A stretch of 64,000 nucleotides of DNA from Minisyncoccia bacterium (GCA_049997815.1 JBEKVQ010000002.1:74483-138482); one strand, 5' to 3'. Positions 9,020 to 18,983 are shown, counted from the stretch's first letter. Notes: a model not told the origin generated them from the sequence alone. Numbers and translations are program-made.

Positions 9020-10164
9020 GAGTTCATAAACTGGCTATCTTTGTCTCTCATCCGATTCAGTATCAGGCCCCGCTCTTCAGGGTAATCTCAGGGGATAAGA
9101 GGATAGAATCGGTCGTTTATTTCGCCGGCCGGGGAGCGACGGAAGAAGCGTATGATTCGGAATTCGGCAGAAAGATAAAATGGGATATTCCTCTTCTCGA
9201 TGGATACAAACACGTTTTCTTGGGTTCAAAGTTTGAATTGCCGAAAATTATTCTGGCTGGAAAGGGGAAAGCGGATGCTGTTTTAGTTTTTGGTTGGAAT
9301 TCTCTCGGGACGCTCCTGGTTTGTCTGGCGGCGATCCTTTCGGGGACGCCCATTTTAATGCGTTCGGAGAGCCCGTTAAATCAGGAGCTTTTGAAGACCG
9401 ACTTTTCTCAAAATGTGAAAAGGATGTTCTTACGGACGCTTTTTAAGTTCATCTCTGCCTTTTTGTATATCGGGGAAGAGAACAGGAAATTCTACAAATA
9501 TCTTGGCGTCCCGGATGCAAAGCTGTTCTTTGCTTCATACGCCGTTGATAATGCGAGATTCATCGGAGAAGCGGAAGTTTTATCGGTGCGCAAGAATGCC
9601 TTAAGGAAAGAAGAAGGCATTCCGGCAGGAGCGAGAGTGGTCCTGTTCGTCGGGAAGCTTATACTGAAAAAACGCCCGATGGATTTGCTTCGCGCGTATG
9701 CCGACCTGTCAATTGAAGACAAAGCGCTGATATTCGTAGGTGATGGAGCTCTTCGTTTGGAGTTGGAACGCTACGTGAAGGAAAAGGATTTAGGGAATGT
9801 GTTCTTTTTCGGCTTCAAGAATCAGACGGAAATAGGCAAATATTACGCGATGTCTGATGTCTTTGTGCTGCCGTCCGGAGCGGGAGAAACCTGGGGCTTG
9901 GTTGTGAATGAAGCTATGTGCTTTTCCCTCCCAATCATGGTATCGGACGTCGTTGGTTGCGGATTCGATCTGGTGAGGAGCGGTTTGAACGGTGGCATTT
10001 TTAAATTGGGGGATATCGGATCCATGACGTTATTATTGGAAGATATTTTGAAATCGGGACGGGCACATTCGATGGGCAAGAGCTCGCTCGATATTGTAAA
10101 AAAATACAGTTTCGTTCAGGATTTAGAGGGCTTGCTGTCGGCATTGGAATGGGTACAAAAATAA
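9016..10164 (+). CDS. Glycosyltransferase family 4
   Basis: SHPIQYQAP N-terminus; ETWGLVVNEAM. Confidence 0.9.
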   Translation: MRVHKLAIFVSHPIQYQAPLFRVISGDKRIESVVYFAGRGATEEAYDSEFGRKIKWDIPLLDGYKHVFLGSKFELPKIILAGKGKADAVLVFGWNSLGTLLVCLAAILSGTPILMRSESPLNQELLKTDFSQNVKRMFLRTLFKFISAFLYIGEENRKFYKYLGVPDAKLFFASYAVDNARFIGEAEVLSVRKNALRKEEGIPAGARVVLFVGKLILKKRPMDLLRAYADLSIEDKALIFVGDGALRLELERYVKEKDLGNVFFFGFKNQTEIGKYYAMSDVFVLPSGAGETWGLVVNEAMCFSLPIMVSDVVGCGFDLVRSGLNGGIFKLGDIGSMTLLLEDILKSGRAHSMGKSSLDIVKKYSFVQDLEGLLSALEWVQK

Positions 10165-11198
10165 AAATCTTAATAGTTGGCGAGGTTTCTCTCTGCGCAC
10201 CGACGCGCTTGGTTTATGACGATCTCCTCAAATTGGGGAATGAGCCGGAATTAATAGACACCCTCAAATTTTTCAAGGTTTCGCTTTTGAACAGGGTGGT
10301 GAATAAATTCCTAAAAACCCCGCATTACTTCGGTCCCGGCGTCAAAAAGCTCAACAGGTTCATCATTGAGCGCGCGTCCGCCGGAAAGTTCGAATACGTC
10401 CTCTTTTTCAAGCCATCGCTGATATATCCGAGGACGATTCTGGAGTTGAAAAAGAGCGCGAAGATATTGGGAATATACATGGACCACGTCGATTTCCTGA
10501 AGAGCGGAAGCGACCATTTTTATAAAACCTTACCCATGTTCGACCTGTATATGTCCACGATTCATTCCAACACCGAAGCGATGTACAAGTACGGCGCGAA
10601 ACGCTCTACATTTTTCCCGATGACCGCCGATTCAACCTTTCTTCATCCCGTGGAAGTTTCCCCCGAAAACATGAAGCGATTGGGAGCAGACGTGATTTTT
10701 ATCGGAAATTATGCCAATGAGAAGCGCGCCGATTATTTGGAAAGACTGTGTAAGGATGGATATGACGTTCGGATATACGGCTATGGCTGGCAAAATCTGC
10801 CGGCGGATTCCTGCTTACGGCGGAAGAAGAGAATATTCAAACCGGTTCTTTGTACAGACATGGCGGAAGCCTTTAGTGCAGCCAAGATAGGCATGGCTTT
10901 CATGCGCGAATGCAATGACGAAAAGATCGGCTGCCGCACCTATGAAATACCGCTTTGCGGCACGTTCATGCTCCACGAGAGAAATAAAGAGGTTGAGGAG
11001 TTTTTGATTCCGGATAAGGAAGCCGCCTTCTTCGATTCGTATGAAGAGATGAAAAGCAAGATAGATTTCTATCTGAAAAATCCGGAAATTAGGAAGAAGG
11101 TGGCGAAGGCCGGCTATGAGCGAATCTTGAACTGCGGAGAACTCATTTACGACCAGATGAGGAAGATGCCGGCGATGCTCAAGAAAGAGCTGGGTTAG
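10149..11198 (+). CDS. CgeB-like (GT-B) glycosyltransferase
   Basis: DVIFIG..R, RTYEIPLCGTFML, YLKNPEIRKKVAKAGYER. Confidence 0.8.
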   Translation: MGTKIKILIVGEVSLCAPTRLVYDDLLKLGNEPELIDTLKFFKVSLLNRVVNKFLKTPHYFGPGVKKLNRFIIERASAGKFEYVLFFKPSLIYPRTILELKKSAKILGIYMDHVDFLKSGSDHFYKTLPMFDLYMSTIHSNTEAMYKYGAKRSTFFPMTADSTFLHPVEVSPENMKRLGADVIFIGNYANEKRADYLERLCKDGYDVRIYGYGWQNLPADSCLRRKKRIFKPVLCTDMAEAFSAAKIGMAFMRECNDEKIGCRTYEIPLCGTFMLHERNKEVEEFLIPDKEAAFFDSYEEMKSKIDFYLKNPEIRKKVAKAGYERILNCGELIYDQMRKMPAMLKKELG

Positions 11199-11199
11199 A

Positions 11200-11228
11200 T
11201 TGAAGTTTGGGGGAAGCTGCGATATCAT
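11200..11228 (+). promoter_or_regulatory. Putative leaderless sigma70 promoter
   Basis: TTGAAG-17 bp-TATCAT; ATG 6 nt after the -10. Confidence 0.55.
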
Positions 11229-11234
11229 TCCTAC

Positions 11235-12326
11235 ATGATTAAGAAGAAGTCCAAGAAGAGACCCCAGAAAAGAAAAACCGTACTGATAACCGGCGGGGCC
11301 GGTTTCATCGGCAGTGCCGTAGTCAGGTATCTGCATAATAAATACCCGAAATATCACTTCATTATTCTGGATGCCCTGACCTATGCCGGAGACATACGTA
11401 ACATTCCGGAATCCATCCGGCAAAGCAAGAATTTTGAGTTCCATTACGGGGATATACGCAATCAAAAACTAGTGGAACATCTGGTTTCCCGATCGGATGT
11501 GGTGCTCCATTTTGCCGCGGAAACGCACGTAGCGCGGTCAATTTTTGATGATATTAATTTCTTCGAAACGGATGTAATCGGGACGCAAAGATTGGCGAGT
11601 GCGGTTCTGAGAAACAAGAAAACGATAGATAGGTTCATCCATATTTCCACAAGCGAGGTCTACGGCACCGCCCTTTCGAGGAAGATGAGTGAGAAGCACC
11701 CCTTAAATCCCCAGAGTCCGTACGCTGCCGCCAAGGCCGGAGCCGACCGGCTGGTCTATTCCTACATGGCCACCTATAAGCTTCCCGCGGTTATCGTGCG
11801 TCCCTTCAATATGTTCGGTCCCAACCAGCATTTGGAGAAACTCATCCCTCGTTTTATCACGAGTTGCATCTTGAATGAGCCCCTCACCATCCATGGTAGC
11901 GGAACCAGCCGAAGAGATTTCACTTATGTGGATGATCTGGCCCGGGCGATAGATATGATCCTGCACGCCCCCGCGAAAAAGGTTGTCGGGCAGGTTTTTA
12001 ATGTTGGTTCGGGCCGTGATGTTTCGGTCGGAGAAATAGCTAATCTGATCATAAAGATGATGAATCGCCGCGATAAGAAGGATTCCTCGGTGCGCTACGG
12101 TTCTTCGCCGCTCAATATCGGTGACCGGCCGGGGCAGGTTTTCCGTCATACCGCGGATACGACGAAGATTTTGAAAGCTCTTTCCTGGAAACCGCGCATG
12201 GCCTTCAAAGAAGGTTTAGCTTTGACCATAGACTGGTATATAAAGAACGAGGGATGGTGGAGAGATAAACTGTGGATGCGTCACGTTCCGGTGGAGACCG
12301 AGAAGGGCAAGACGGAGATGCATTAG
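11235..12326 (+). CDS. rfbB: NDP-sugar 4,6-dehydratase (RmlB/RfbB-like extended SDR)
   Basis: GGAGFIG, DALTYAG, HFAAETHV, STSEVYG, YAAAK, EKLIP. Confidence 0.75.
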   Translation: MIKKKSKKRPQKRKTVLITGGAGFIGSAVVRYLHNKYPKYHFIILDALTYAGDIRNIPESIRQSKNFEFHYGDIRNQKLVEHLVSRSDVVLHFAAETHVARSIFDDINFFETDVIGTQRLASAVLRNKKTIDRFIHISTSEVYGTALSRKMSEKHPLNPQSPYAAAKAGADRLVYSYMATYKLPAVIVRPFNMFGPNQHLEKLIPRFITSCILNEPLTIHGSGTSRRDFTYVDDLARAIDMILHAPAKKVVGQVFNVGSGRDVSVGEIANLIIKMMNRRDKKDSSVRYGSSPLNIGDRPGQVFRHTADTTKILKALSWKPRMAFKEGLALTIDWYIKNEGWWRDKLWMRHVPVETEKGKTEMH

Positions 12327-12334
12327 GTTTTACC

Positions 12335-13582
12335 GTGAATCCCCCCATAAAAAATAAAAAATTTACTCCGGGTAAGGACTGGATTTGGTACGCTCCGAAT
12401 ACCAAGGATGCTTTCGGCGAAAACGAAACGCGGGCCGTCACTTTTTCCCTAAGGAGCGGCTGGCTGACCTTGGGTGATACCGCCAAAAAATTCGAGGATA
12501 AGGTAGCGGGAATCTTCGGTAAAAAATACGGGCTCTTTGTGAACTCCGGCTCTTCCGCCAATCTTTTGGCCCTCTGCGCTTTAAAATTTCCCAAGGGTTC
12601 CGAAATAATCACGCCGGCGTGCACCTTTAATACGACCGCGGCTCCGATAATCCAAACGGGTCTCGTTCCCGTATTCGTGGACGTGGACCTCGGAACCTAT
12701 CAGATGGATCCGGAAGAGATGAAAAGGGCCCTATCAAAGAGGACTGTGGCGGTCATGGCGCCGCACCTGATTGGTAATTTCATGGACCTGCCGGCCATCC
12801 GAAATTTTTGCGGGAAACACGGACTGATTTTTATTGAAGACAGTTGCGATACGATCGGCGGCAAATTTAACGGTAAGCCGTCGGGCAAGTGGAGCGATCT
12901 CACGACGACGAGTTTTTATGCTTCCCATCTGATAACGACCGGCGGGGCAGGCGGCATGCTCATGACCAACGATAAAAAACTGAGGGAAAGAGCCAGATTA
13001 TTCCGCGATTGGGGGAGAGGAATCTCGCGACATGATGAGGATATCCGTTCCCGGCTTGCCACTTTCAGGATTGACGGAAAGCCATACGACAGCGCCTTCG
13101 TTTTCGTGGAACTGGGATATAACTTCAAGCCCACTGAAATGCAGGCGGCGTTCGGATTGGAGCAGTTGAAGAGATTGGGTGGGTTTATGAATTTGCGCAG
13201 GAAAAATTTCAAGCGGCTTCGCGCGTTCTTCGAGGGTTTCGGGCAATATTTTATCCTGCCGCAAGAGCTGCCCCGAACGAAGGTCAATTGGCTGGCCTTT
13301 CCGCTCACGATAAAGAAAGGTGCCCCGTTTACGAGAAACGATTTGGTCAGATATCTGGAGCGCCATAAAATCCAGACGAGGCCGCTTTTTTCCGGGAACA
13401 TAACGAGGCAGCCGGCATATGCCAAAACAAAATACAGGAAGATCGGTAGTCTGAAGAACTCTCAATTCATAATGGGGCATTCCTTTCTTATCGGCCTGCA
13501 TCACGGGCTGACCGAAGAGATGCTGGAGTACGTCATGGAAGTGTTTTCCGGGTTTTTGGGGAGGATAGATTCGGGCTCTTAG
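12335..13582 (+). CDS. PLP/PMP-dependent NDP-4-keto-6-deoxyhexose 3-dehydratase (RfbH/DdhC/ColD-like, DegT family)
   Basis: VNSGSSANL, IEDSCD, SFYASH (His at the Lys position), FRDWGR, GYNFKP, IQTRPLFSGN. Likely GTG start at 12335. Confidence 0.8.
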   Translation: MNPPIKNKKFTPGKDWIWYAPNTKDAFGENETRAVTFSLRSGWLTLGDTAKKFEDKVAGIFGKKYGLFVNSGSSANLLALCALKFPKGSEIITPACTFNTTAAPIIQTGLVPVFVDVDLGTYQMDPEEMKRALSKRTVAVMAPHLIGNFMDLPAIRNFCGKHGLIFIEDSCDTIGGKFNGKPSGKWSDLTTTSFYASHLITTGGAGGMLMTNDKKLRERARLFRDWGRGISRHDEDIRSRLATFRIDGKPYDSAFVFVELGYNFKPTEMQAAFGLEQLKRLGGFMNLRRKNFKRLRAFFEGFGQYFILPQELPRTKVNWLAFPLTIKKGAPFTRNDLVRYLERHKIQTRPLFSGNITRQPAYAKTKYRKIGSLKNSQFIMGHSFLIGLHHGLTEEMLEYVMEVFSGFLGRIDSGS

Positions 13583-13586
13583 ATCT

Positions 13587-13608
13587 CCGCCTCCTAGGGC
13601 GGTTTTTT
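13587..13608 (+). terminator. Intrinsic terminator
   Basis: CCGCC-tcctag-GGCGG followed by T6. Confidence 0.7.
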
Positions 13609-13625
13609 ATGCAGGCACTATATAA

Positions 13626-13654
13626 TTGACAGATTACTGGTTATGTGCTATCCT
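13626..13654 (+). promoter_or_regulatory. sigma70 promoter
   Basis: TTGACA-17 bp-TATCCT with TG extension. Confidence 0.65.
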
Positions 13655-13715
13655 TCAATCGTTGGTTACTTGACAGCTAAATAGATTTCTCACGAACTTA
13701 CGCCGGAGGTGCCCA

Positions 13716-14273
13716 GTGATAAACATAACTAGTGCGGATTGGACCGGATATGAGAAGAGTATCGCGATTGCGGTCCTGCAAAAGATCGCATACTGCCAGG
13801 ATAAGGGAAAGGGTCTACCGGTCGAGGTCTTCGAGCCGTTCTGTAGGAGTAAGAAGAACATCTCGACCGAGCTTGTGATTTTCAATGAGAAGGGAGAAAT
13901 TTACCTCGTGAAGCGACCGAGCTTGAATGAGAATCCGAGCGAACCATATCCGGAACAGTATCACAGTCCCGGCGCGACACACGACAAGAACGAGACACTG
14001 GAAAATACCCTTGAACGTCTTCGCCGAAGAGAGGGAGTTAATTTTTCCAGCGTTGAGGGGGTCTACCCTCCTCGTGATTCGCGGGACAAAGAACGGGGGA
14101 GATATCTACTCTGTATTTTCATCGCCGATGCAATCGGTGCTCAGACGAATGCCAAGGGACGTTTCTTCAAACAGGAAGATATCCCGTGGAGTGAGCTTGT
14201 AAGCGTCCATCGGGAGATTATCGTTCCCGCCGCGCTTGAGGCATTCAAGAAACGGAACACAAAGCCCCAATGA
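13716..14273 (+). CDS. Divergent NUDIX-fold hydrolase (Gmm/WcaH-like)
   Basis: GGAGG RBS with GTG start; TELVIFNEKGEIYLVKR..YHSPG..NETLENTLERLRRRE (degenerate Nudix box). Confidence 0.6.
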   Translation: MINITSADWTGYEKSIAIAVLQKIAYCQDKGKGLPVEVFEPFCRSKKNISTELVIFNEKGEIYLVKRPSLNENPSEPYPEQYHSPGATHDKNETLENTLERLRRREGVNFSSVEGVYPPRDSRDKERGRYLLCIFIADAIGAQTNAKGRFFKQEDIPWSELVSVHREIIVPAALEAFKKRNTKPQ

Positions 14274-14296
14274 TGAGGGGCGACGCGTATAAAAAG

Positions 14297-14330
14297 AAGG
14301 GAGCAACCGCAATTGTTGCTCCTTTTTCAT
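14297..14330 (+). terminator. Intrinsic terminator (possibly bidirectional)
   Basis: AAGGGAGCAAC-cgcaatt-GTTGCTCCTTT with a T-run. Confidence 0.8.
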
Positions 14331-14352
14331 TTTTATCCCAGCCGATAATGGA

Positions 14353-14381
14353 TTGACAGTTCATCAGGAATATTTTATTCT
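14353..14381 (+). promoter_or_regulatory. sigma70 promoter
   Basis: TTGACA-17 bp-TATTCT. Confidence 0.65.
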
Positions 14382-14438
14382 CTAAACAGCCCTGAAACAG
14401 TAGAATATCAGCCACATTTAAGAGAAGGAGTGTGATGA

Positions 14439-14984
14439 ATGAAAACCCTGGGAAACTTCCTAGCCAGCTTGGTCGTCAAGATCTTAGTTTGGTTTCTCAA
14501 GTACCTTCCGTCTCTGGAGGAGAGGTTAACCGTTGCTTTATTGAGGAACTTACATTGGCCCCTCAAACAGTCCATATTCTCGGCCATCGTCAATAAAACC
14601 GTCTCCGTTCCGATTGAGCTCGCCGTGTTCGACGAACAGGGCCGGGTTTTGATGTTCTACCGCCGGGACGATGAGTACGACGGTTACCACATACCGGGAA
14701 CCGTTCTCCGGGACAATGAGGACGTTCCGGCGGCAATCCGACGGCTTCTGAAGAGTGAAGTGGTGGGGGGTAGGGTTACTCAGATTACTTCGCTCGGCTG
14801 GATAGAAATTCCAAAGGGAGATAATCCGACCCGTCACGAGATATCGCTTCTCCACTCGTGCGTGCTCGAAGGCCCGTATAACGGAAAAAGCGGGGAGTTC
14901 TTTTTCCCCGACAAACTTCCGTTCACTACTCTCGATCATCACCACACCTTGATCAAAGAAATAATGAAAAGGTCCGGAAGATAG
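14439..14984 (+). CDS. NUDIX-fold hydrolase (Gmm/WcaH-like), paralog of the 13716 gene
   Basis: IELAVFDEQGRVLMFYRR..YHIPGTVLRDNEDVPAAIRRLLKSEV, RHEISLLH; AAGGAG RBS. Confidence 0.7.
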   Translation: MKTLGNFLASLVVKILVWFLKYLPSLEERLTVALLRNLHWPLKQSIFSAIVNKTVSVPIELAVFDEQGRVLMFYRRDDEYDGYHIPGTVLRDNEDVPAAIRRLLKSEVVGGRVTQITSLGWIEIPKGDNPTRHEISLLHSCVLEGPYNGKSGEFFFPDKLPFTTLDHHHTLIKEIMKRSGR

Positions 14985-15004
14985 AGTTCCCATCCCGATT
15001 TCAC

Positions 15005-15039
15005 AAAACGCCGCGTGAGTTTCATTCACCGGCGTTTTT
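15005..15039 (+). terminator. Intrinsic terminator
   Basis: AAAACGCCG(c)GTGA-loop-TCACCGGCGTTTT. Confidence 0.75.
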
Positions 15040-15094
15040 CCATTTTCACTTTGATTTCGGACCGCGAATTCCATATAATACATCTGTTCACTCA

Positions 15095-16036
15095 ATGAAA
15101 AAAATTCTCATCACCGGCGGCACGGGTTTCGTGGGCTCGAACTTCGTCTATAAATTCCTTAAATTGGGAGACGAGGTTCATCTTCTCGTGAGGCCGGAAG
15201 CGAAATTCTGGAGAATCGAGCCGGTAAAGAGCAGGGTTAAGCTGCACAACGTCGATATCACGAATGATAGCGATGTCGACAAATTCATTTCGGAGCTTAG
15301 GCCAGAGATCATTCTTCACTTCGCCACTTACGGCGCGTATCAATGGAAAGAGCAGGACGTAAAAACGACGATAGACACCAATCTCCTCGGCACCGTCAAT
15401 CTGGTGAACGCCTGTAGTAAAATCGGTTTCGAGTGTTTCATAAACACCGGGAGCACTTCCGAATACGGCGAAAAGAAAGCGCCTATGAAGGAGACCGACC
15501 TGCTCGAGCCGAATAATCTATACGGCACGACTAAGGCCGCCGCAACGCTATATTGCCAGTTTCTAGCAAAAAAATTGGACCTCCCGTTAGCCACGATGCG
15601 CCTCTTCTCGCCCTACGGATATTTCGAAGGCGAGGGTCGCTTGATGCCCGCGCTCGTGCGGGCCGCGCTCTACGGAGAAAAATTCGAAGCCCCATCCCCG
15701 TCGATCGTGAGGGACTTTATCTTCATTGAAGACGTGGTAAGCGCGTATTTGAAAGCTATAGGGAAAATCGGTAGCATTAAGGGGCAGATTTTAAACATCG
15801 CATCCGGCGAAGAACATTCCATCGGGGAAGCTGTGGAAATCGTGGAAAGAATTTCCGGCGCAAAGATCGAGGCGAATTACGGAAAAATTCCGCCGAGGCA
15901 GACGGAACCGAAAAGATGGGTGGCCGACATAACGAAAGCGAAGACGTTGCTTGATTGGAAACCCGAGAATTCTTTATTTGACGGCCTGTCAAAATTCATC
16001 GCGTGGGCAAAAAATAACGAAGTATTCATAAAATAA
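15095..16036 (+). CDS. NAD-dependent epimerase/reductase (extended SDR)
   Basis: GGTGFVG, GSTSEYG, YGTTK, RDFIFIEDV. Promoter TTGATT-17-TATAAT just upstream. Confidence 0.9.
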   Translation: MKKILITGGTGFVGSNFVYKFLKLGDEVHLLVRPEAKFWRIEPVKSRVKLHNVDITNDSDVDKFISELRPEIILHFATYGAYQWKEQDVKTTIDTNLLGTVNLVNACSKIGFECFINTGSTSEYGEKKAPMKETDLLEPNNLYGTTKAAATLYCQFLAKKLDLPLATMRLFSPYGYFEGEGRLMPALVRAALYGEKFEAPSPSIVRDFIFIEDVVSAYLKAIGKIGSIKGQILNIASGEEHSIGEAVEIVERISGAKIEANYGKIPPRQTEPKRWVADITKAKTLLDWKPENSLFDGLSKFIAWAKNNEVFIK

Positions 16037-16857
16037 TGCAAAAGAAACAGATTCTGAATTTGGAAGAGAAAGCCAGGGAATTGCGGAGCCAGATCGTGAG
16101 AATGATCTACAGGGCCAGGGCTTCCCACATCGCCTCCGCCTACTCGGTTCTGGATATCGTGCTTTATTTGTACGGTTTTATTTTGCGCGTAGACCCCAAA
16201 AATCCCAAGAGTCCGGAGAGAGACCGGTTCATTCTGAGTAAGGGATGGGCGGCATCCGCTCTTTACGTTGTCCTGGCCGACAAGGGATTCTTTAAAATGA
16301 AGGAACTGGATTCTTATTGCACGGACGGAAGCAAGTTCATAGGTATTGCCACCATGAGCGGCGTCCCCGGCATAGAGACCACAACCGGCTCGATGGGTCA
16401 TGGTTTACCAGTGGGAGCCGGCATGGCGGTCGCCGGAAAGAAACTCAAGAGCAAGCGGAGGGTGTTCGCGGTCATAAGCGACGGCGAATTGGACGAGGGT
16501 TCTACTTGGGAAGCCATTCTTTTCGCCGGCCACAATCATTTGGATAATCTCGTCATCGTCGTGGACTATAATGGGCTGCAGTCGTTTGGCCGAACCAAAG
16601 ATATTCTGAATCTCGATCCCTTACCGGATAAGTTCAAAGCGTTCGGCTGGGCGGTAACGGAAACGAAGGGGCATGATTTTTCTTTCCTTGCAAGAGCGTT
16701 CGCCAAGCTCCCGCTCCAAAAAGGCAAGCCAACCGCGATAATCGCCCACACCGTAAAGGGCAAGGGCGTGTCTTTCATGGAGAACAAGAATGAATGGCAC
16801 TATAAATACCCCAACGAAGCGGATTTGGCGGCCGCTCTTAAGGAACTCTCAAACTAA
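16036..16857 (+). CDS. Transketolase-like TPP enzyme, N-terminal subunit
   Basis: RDRFILSKG, TGSMGHG, SDGELDEGSTWEA (TPP motif), TVKGKGVSFME. Confidence 0.9.
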   Translation: MQKKQILNLEEKARELRSQIVRMIYRARASHIASAYSVLDIVLYLYGFILRVDPKNPKSPERDRFILSKGWAASALYVVLADKGFFKMKELDSYCTDGSKFIGIATMSGVPGIETTTGSMGHGLPVGAGMAVAGKKLKSKRRVFAVISDGELDEGSTWEAILFAGHNHLDNLVIVVDYNGLQSFGRTKDILNLDPLPDKFKAFGWAVTETKGHDFSFLARAFAKLPLQKGKPTAIIAHTVKGKGVSFMENKNEWHYKYPNEADLAAALKELSN

Positions 16858-16858
16858 C

Positions 16859-17794
16859 ATGCGCGGAACTTTCGTAAAAACATTGATGGGGATGATGGAA
16901 AAAGACGAAAAGATAATCGTCGTTACCGCCGATATGGGGTACGGTACTTTCGAGGCATTGAGGGATAAATTCCCGGACCGGTTCATAAATACGGGCGTCT
17001 CGGAAGCCAATGCGGCCGGCGTTTCGGCTGGCTTGGCCCTCTCCGGCTATACCGTCTTCTTTTACGCGCAGGCGGCCTTCGTGACACTCCGATGTTTTGA
17101 GCAGGTCCGCCTGGATATTGCCTCCAACGATTTGGACGTAAAGCTGGTGGGCACTTCGGCGGGATTTACGCTTTGCCAATACGGCGTGAGCCACTTTGCG
17201 CTTGAGGATGTGGCGGCAATGCGTTCCCTGCCCAATATGACGGTAATGTGCCCGGGAGACATTTACGAAGCGGAGTGGGCGACGAAGGCATCGTGCTCAT
17301 TCAAAGGGCCGGCCTACATAAGAATAGGGCGCAGCAACAGCGGACCGGACGTGTTCATCCATCCGAAGAAACCCAGTTTAAAGATCGGGGAGCCGATCAT
17401 TATAAGGAAAGGGGACAAGGCGACCGTAGTTTCAACAGGGAGCATGCTCTTCTTAGCCAGAGAGGTTGAAAAGGAGCTCCATGCCAAAAAGATAAACGCA
17501 TCCCTGGTTTCTATGCCGACCGTAAAGCCGCTCAACGGCCCGAAGACCCTAAACTTATTCAAGAAGAATAAAGCCGTGTATGTGATGGAAGAACACAGTG
17601 TAATCGGTGGTTTGGGTTCGGCCATTTCCGAACTGGTCACAGATAGAGGACTGCCGTACAAGGTGGTCAGGCTGGGGACCGGAGACAAGTTTTTGCATGT
17701 CGCCGGCTCGCGAGATTATTTGCTCTCGCTCCACGGGCTTACGGCAAAGAAAATCGCCGCCCGTATAGCCCGGGACATAAAGGATAAAAAATAA
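16859..17794 (+). CDS. Transketolase-like TPP enzyme, C-terminal (pyrimidine-binding) subunit
   Basis: NTGVSEAN, LRCFEQVR, SHFALED, EEHSVIGGLGS. ATG at 16859. Confidence 0.9.
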   Translation: MRGTFVKTLMGMMEKDEKIIVVTADMGYGTFEALRDKFPDRFINTGVSEANAAGVSAGLALSGYTVFFYAQAAFVTLRCFEQVRLDIASNDLDVKLVGTSAGFTLCQYGVSHFALEDVAAMRSLPNMTVMCPGDIYEAEWATKASCSFKGPAYIRIGRSNSGPDVFIHPKKPSLKIGEPIIIRKGDKATVVSTGSMLFLAREVEKELHAKKINASLVSMPTVKPLNGPKTLNLFKKNKAVYVMEEHSVIGGLGSAISELVTDRGLPYKVVRLGTGDKFLHVAGSRDYLLSLHGLTAKKIAARIARDIKDKK

Positions 17795-17795
17795 C

Positions 17796-18938
17796 ATGAG
17801 TGAAAATCCCTTGGTGAGTATTTGTATAACCTTTTTCGGCGCAGAAAAGTACATCCGCAGGGTTCTTTATAGTTGCCTGAATCAAACATACAGGAACATA
17901 GAAGTAGTGATAGTTGACGATGTAAGCATTGACGGGAGCGAGGAGATAATAAAGGAATATGCCAAACGGGACCCCCGGATAAAATACTTTAGGAATACCG
18001 AAAGAGAGCGTTTCATGCTGGGCCTTGCAAAGGCGTTTAAGCTTGCGAAAGGGGATTTTGTTATGTTCATCGGAGCAGACGATTGGTTGTCGAGGGATTA
18101 CATAGAGAACGGGGTGCGAAGTTTCAAGGAGCACCCCGACGCTGCCGGCATAGTCCCCAGAATGATAGGTTTGTTCGAGGTGGACAGCAATAAATTCAAA
18201 TTCCGCAACGAAATATTCGGAAATTTTTCCCCTCCCAAAATCTATTCTGCCGAATGGTTCGCAAAGCGCGCGTATAAAGGGATAGATGCGAACGTAGGCG
18301 CACTGGCATTAACGAGAAAAGAAGATGCGGTGAGCGCGGCGGATTATTTTATTGAGAATTACTACAATAATCCCTCCGATTCCATCCCCGAAGAATTAAA
18401 AAAATCATTTCTCAGGGGGTTCAGCAGCGACGCGATGTCGTTTTTGGAGATTCTAACCAGATATAAAAGTTTCGTTTTCGACAGTTCGTTGAATCATTTT
18501 CACACAACAGGAGGACAAACCCAGCATTTTGAGGGTATTGAGGGAAGGGAATCGCTATCCGAGATTTTCAAACAGGCTCATTATTATACGATCATATTCA
18601 AATATATTTATGAACCGAGATGGACGAGGTTTTACCGGAAAATGAAGATCTTTCTGGCGTCGGAAGCGCTATCGTCGGTATTTATTTATTTTTTGAGATC
18701 CGGCCTTCGCCCGTATTTCTTGAATATCAGGGGGGGTAGGGAAGCGATTCACGAGGTTTTCAAAGATTTTTCGATCTTTGAAACCGTGACGGTGATTTTA
18801 TATTCGATTTCGTTGGTTATATATCGCTGTTTTAAATTTATCGGGAAGCTGTTTACGGAAGAGAGTGTGTATAAAAAAGAATCCCGCATATTCACGCGGG
18901 AGAACTTTCTGAATTCGGAGGGTCGTTTCGCGGAATGA
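17796..18938 (+). CDS. Glycosyltransferase family 2
   Basis: PLVSICI, NQTYRNIEVVIVDD, GADD. Confidence 0.85.
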   Translation: MSENPLVSICITFFGAEKYIRRVLYSCLNQTYRNIEVVIVDDVSIDGSEEIIKEYAKRDPRIKYFRNTERERFMLGLAKAFKLAKGDFVMFIGADDWLSRDYIENGVRSFKEHPDAAGIVPRMIGLFEVDSNKFKFRNEIFGNFSPPKIYSAEWFAKRAYKGIDANVGALALTRKEDAVSAADYFIENYYNNPSDSIPEELKKSFLRGFSSDAMSFLEILTRYKSFVFDSSLNHFHTTGGQTQHFEGIEGRESLSEIFKQAHYYTIIFKYIYEPRWTRFYRKMKIFLASEALSSVFIYFLRSGLRPYFLNIRGGREAIHEVFKDFSIFETVTVILYSISLVIYRCFKFIGKLFTEESVYKKESRIFTRENFLNSEGRFAE

Positions 18939-18953
18939 CCCTGGCCACTTGGA

Positions 18954-18983
18954 TTGACAGAGATAGACCTTAAATGGTATATT
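18954..18983 (+). promoter_or_regulatory. sigma70 promoter
   Basis: TTGACA-18 bp-TATATT with TG extension. Confidence 0.6.

Noticed and set aside
12335-12345. GTGAATCCCC start resembling the element left end ATGAATCCCG
   Set aside because: The match stops before GTTAGA and there is no partner repeat. Other partial hits (e.g. CCCGTTAG near 15583) lie inside ordinary codons.
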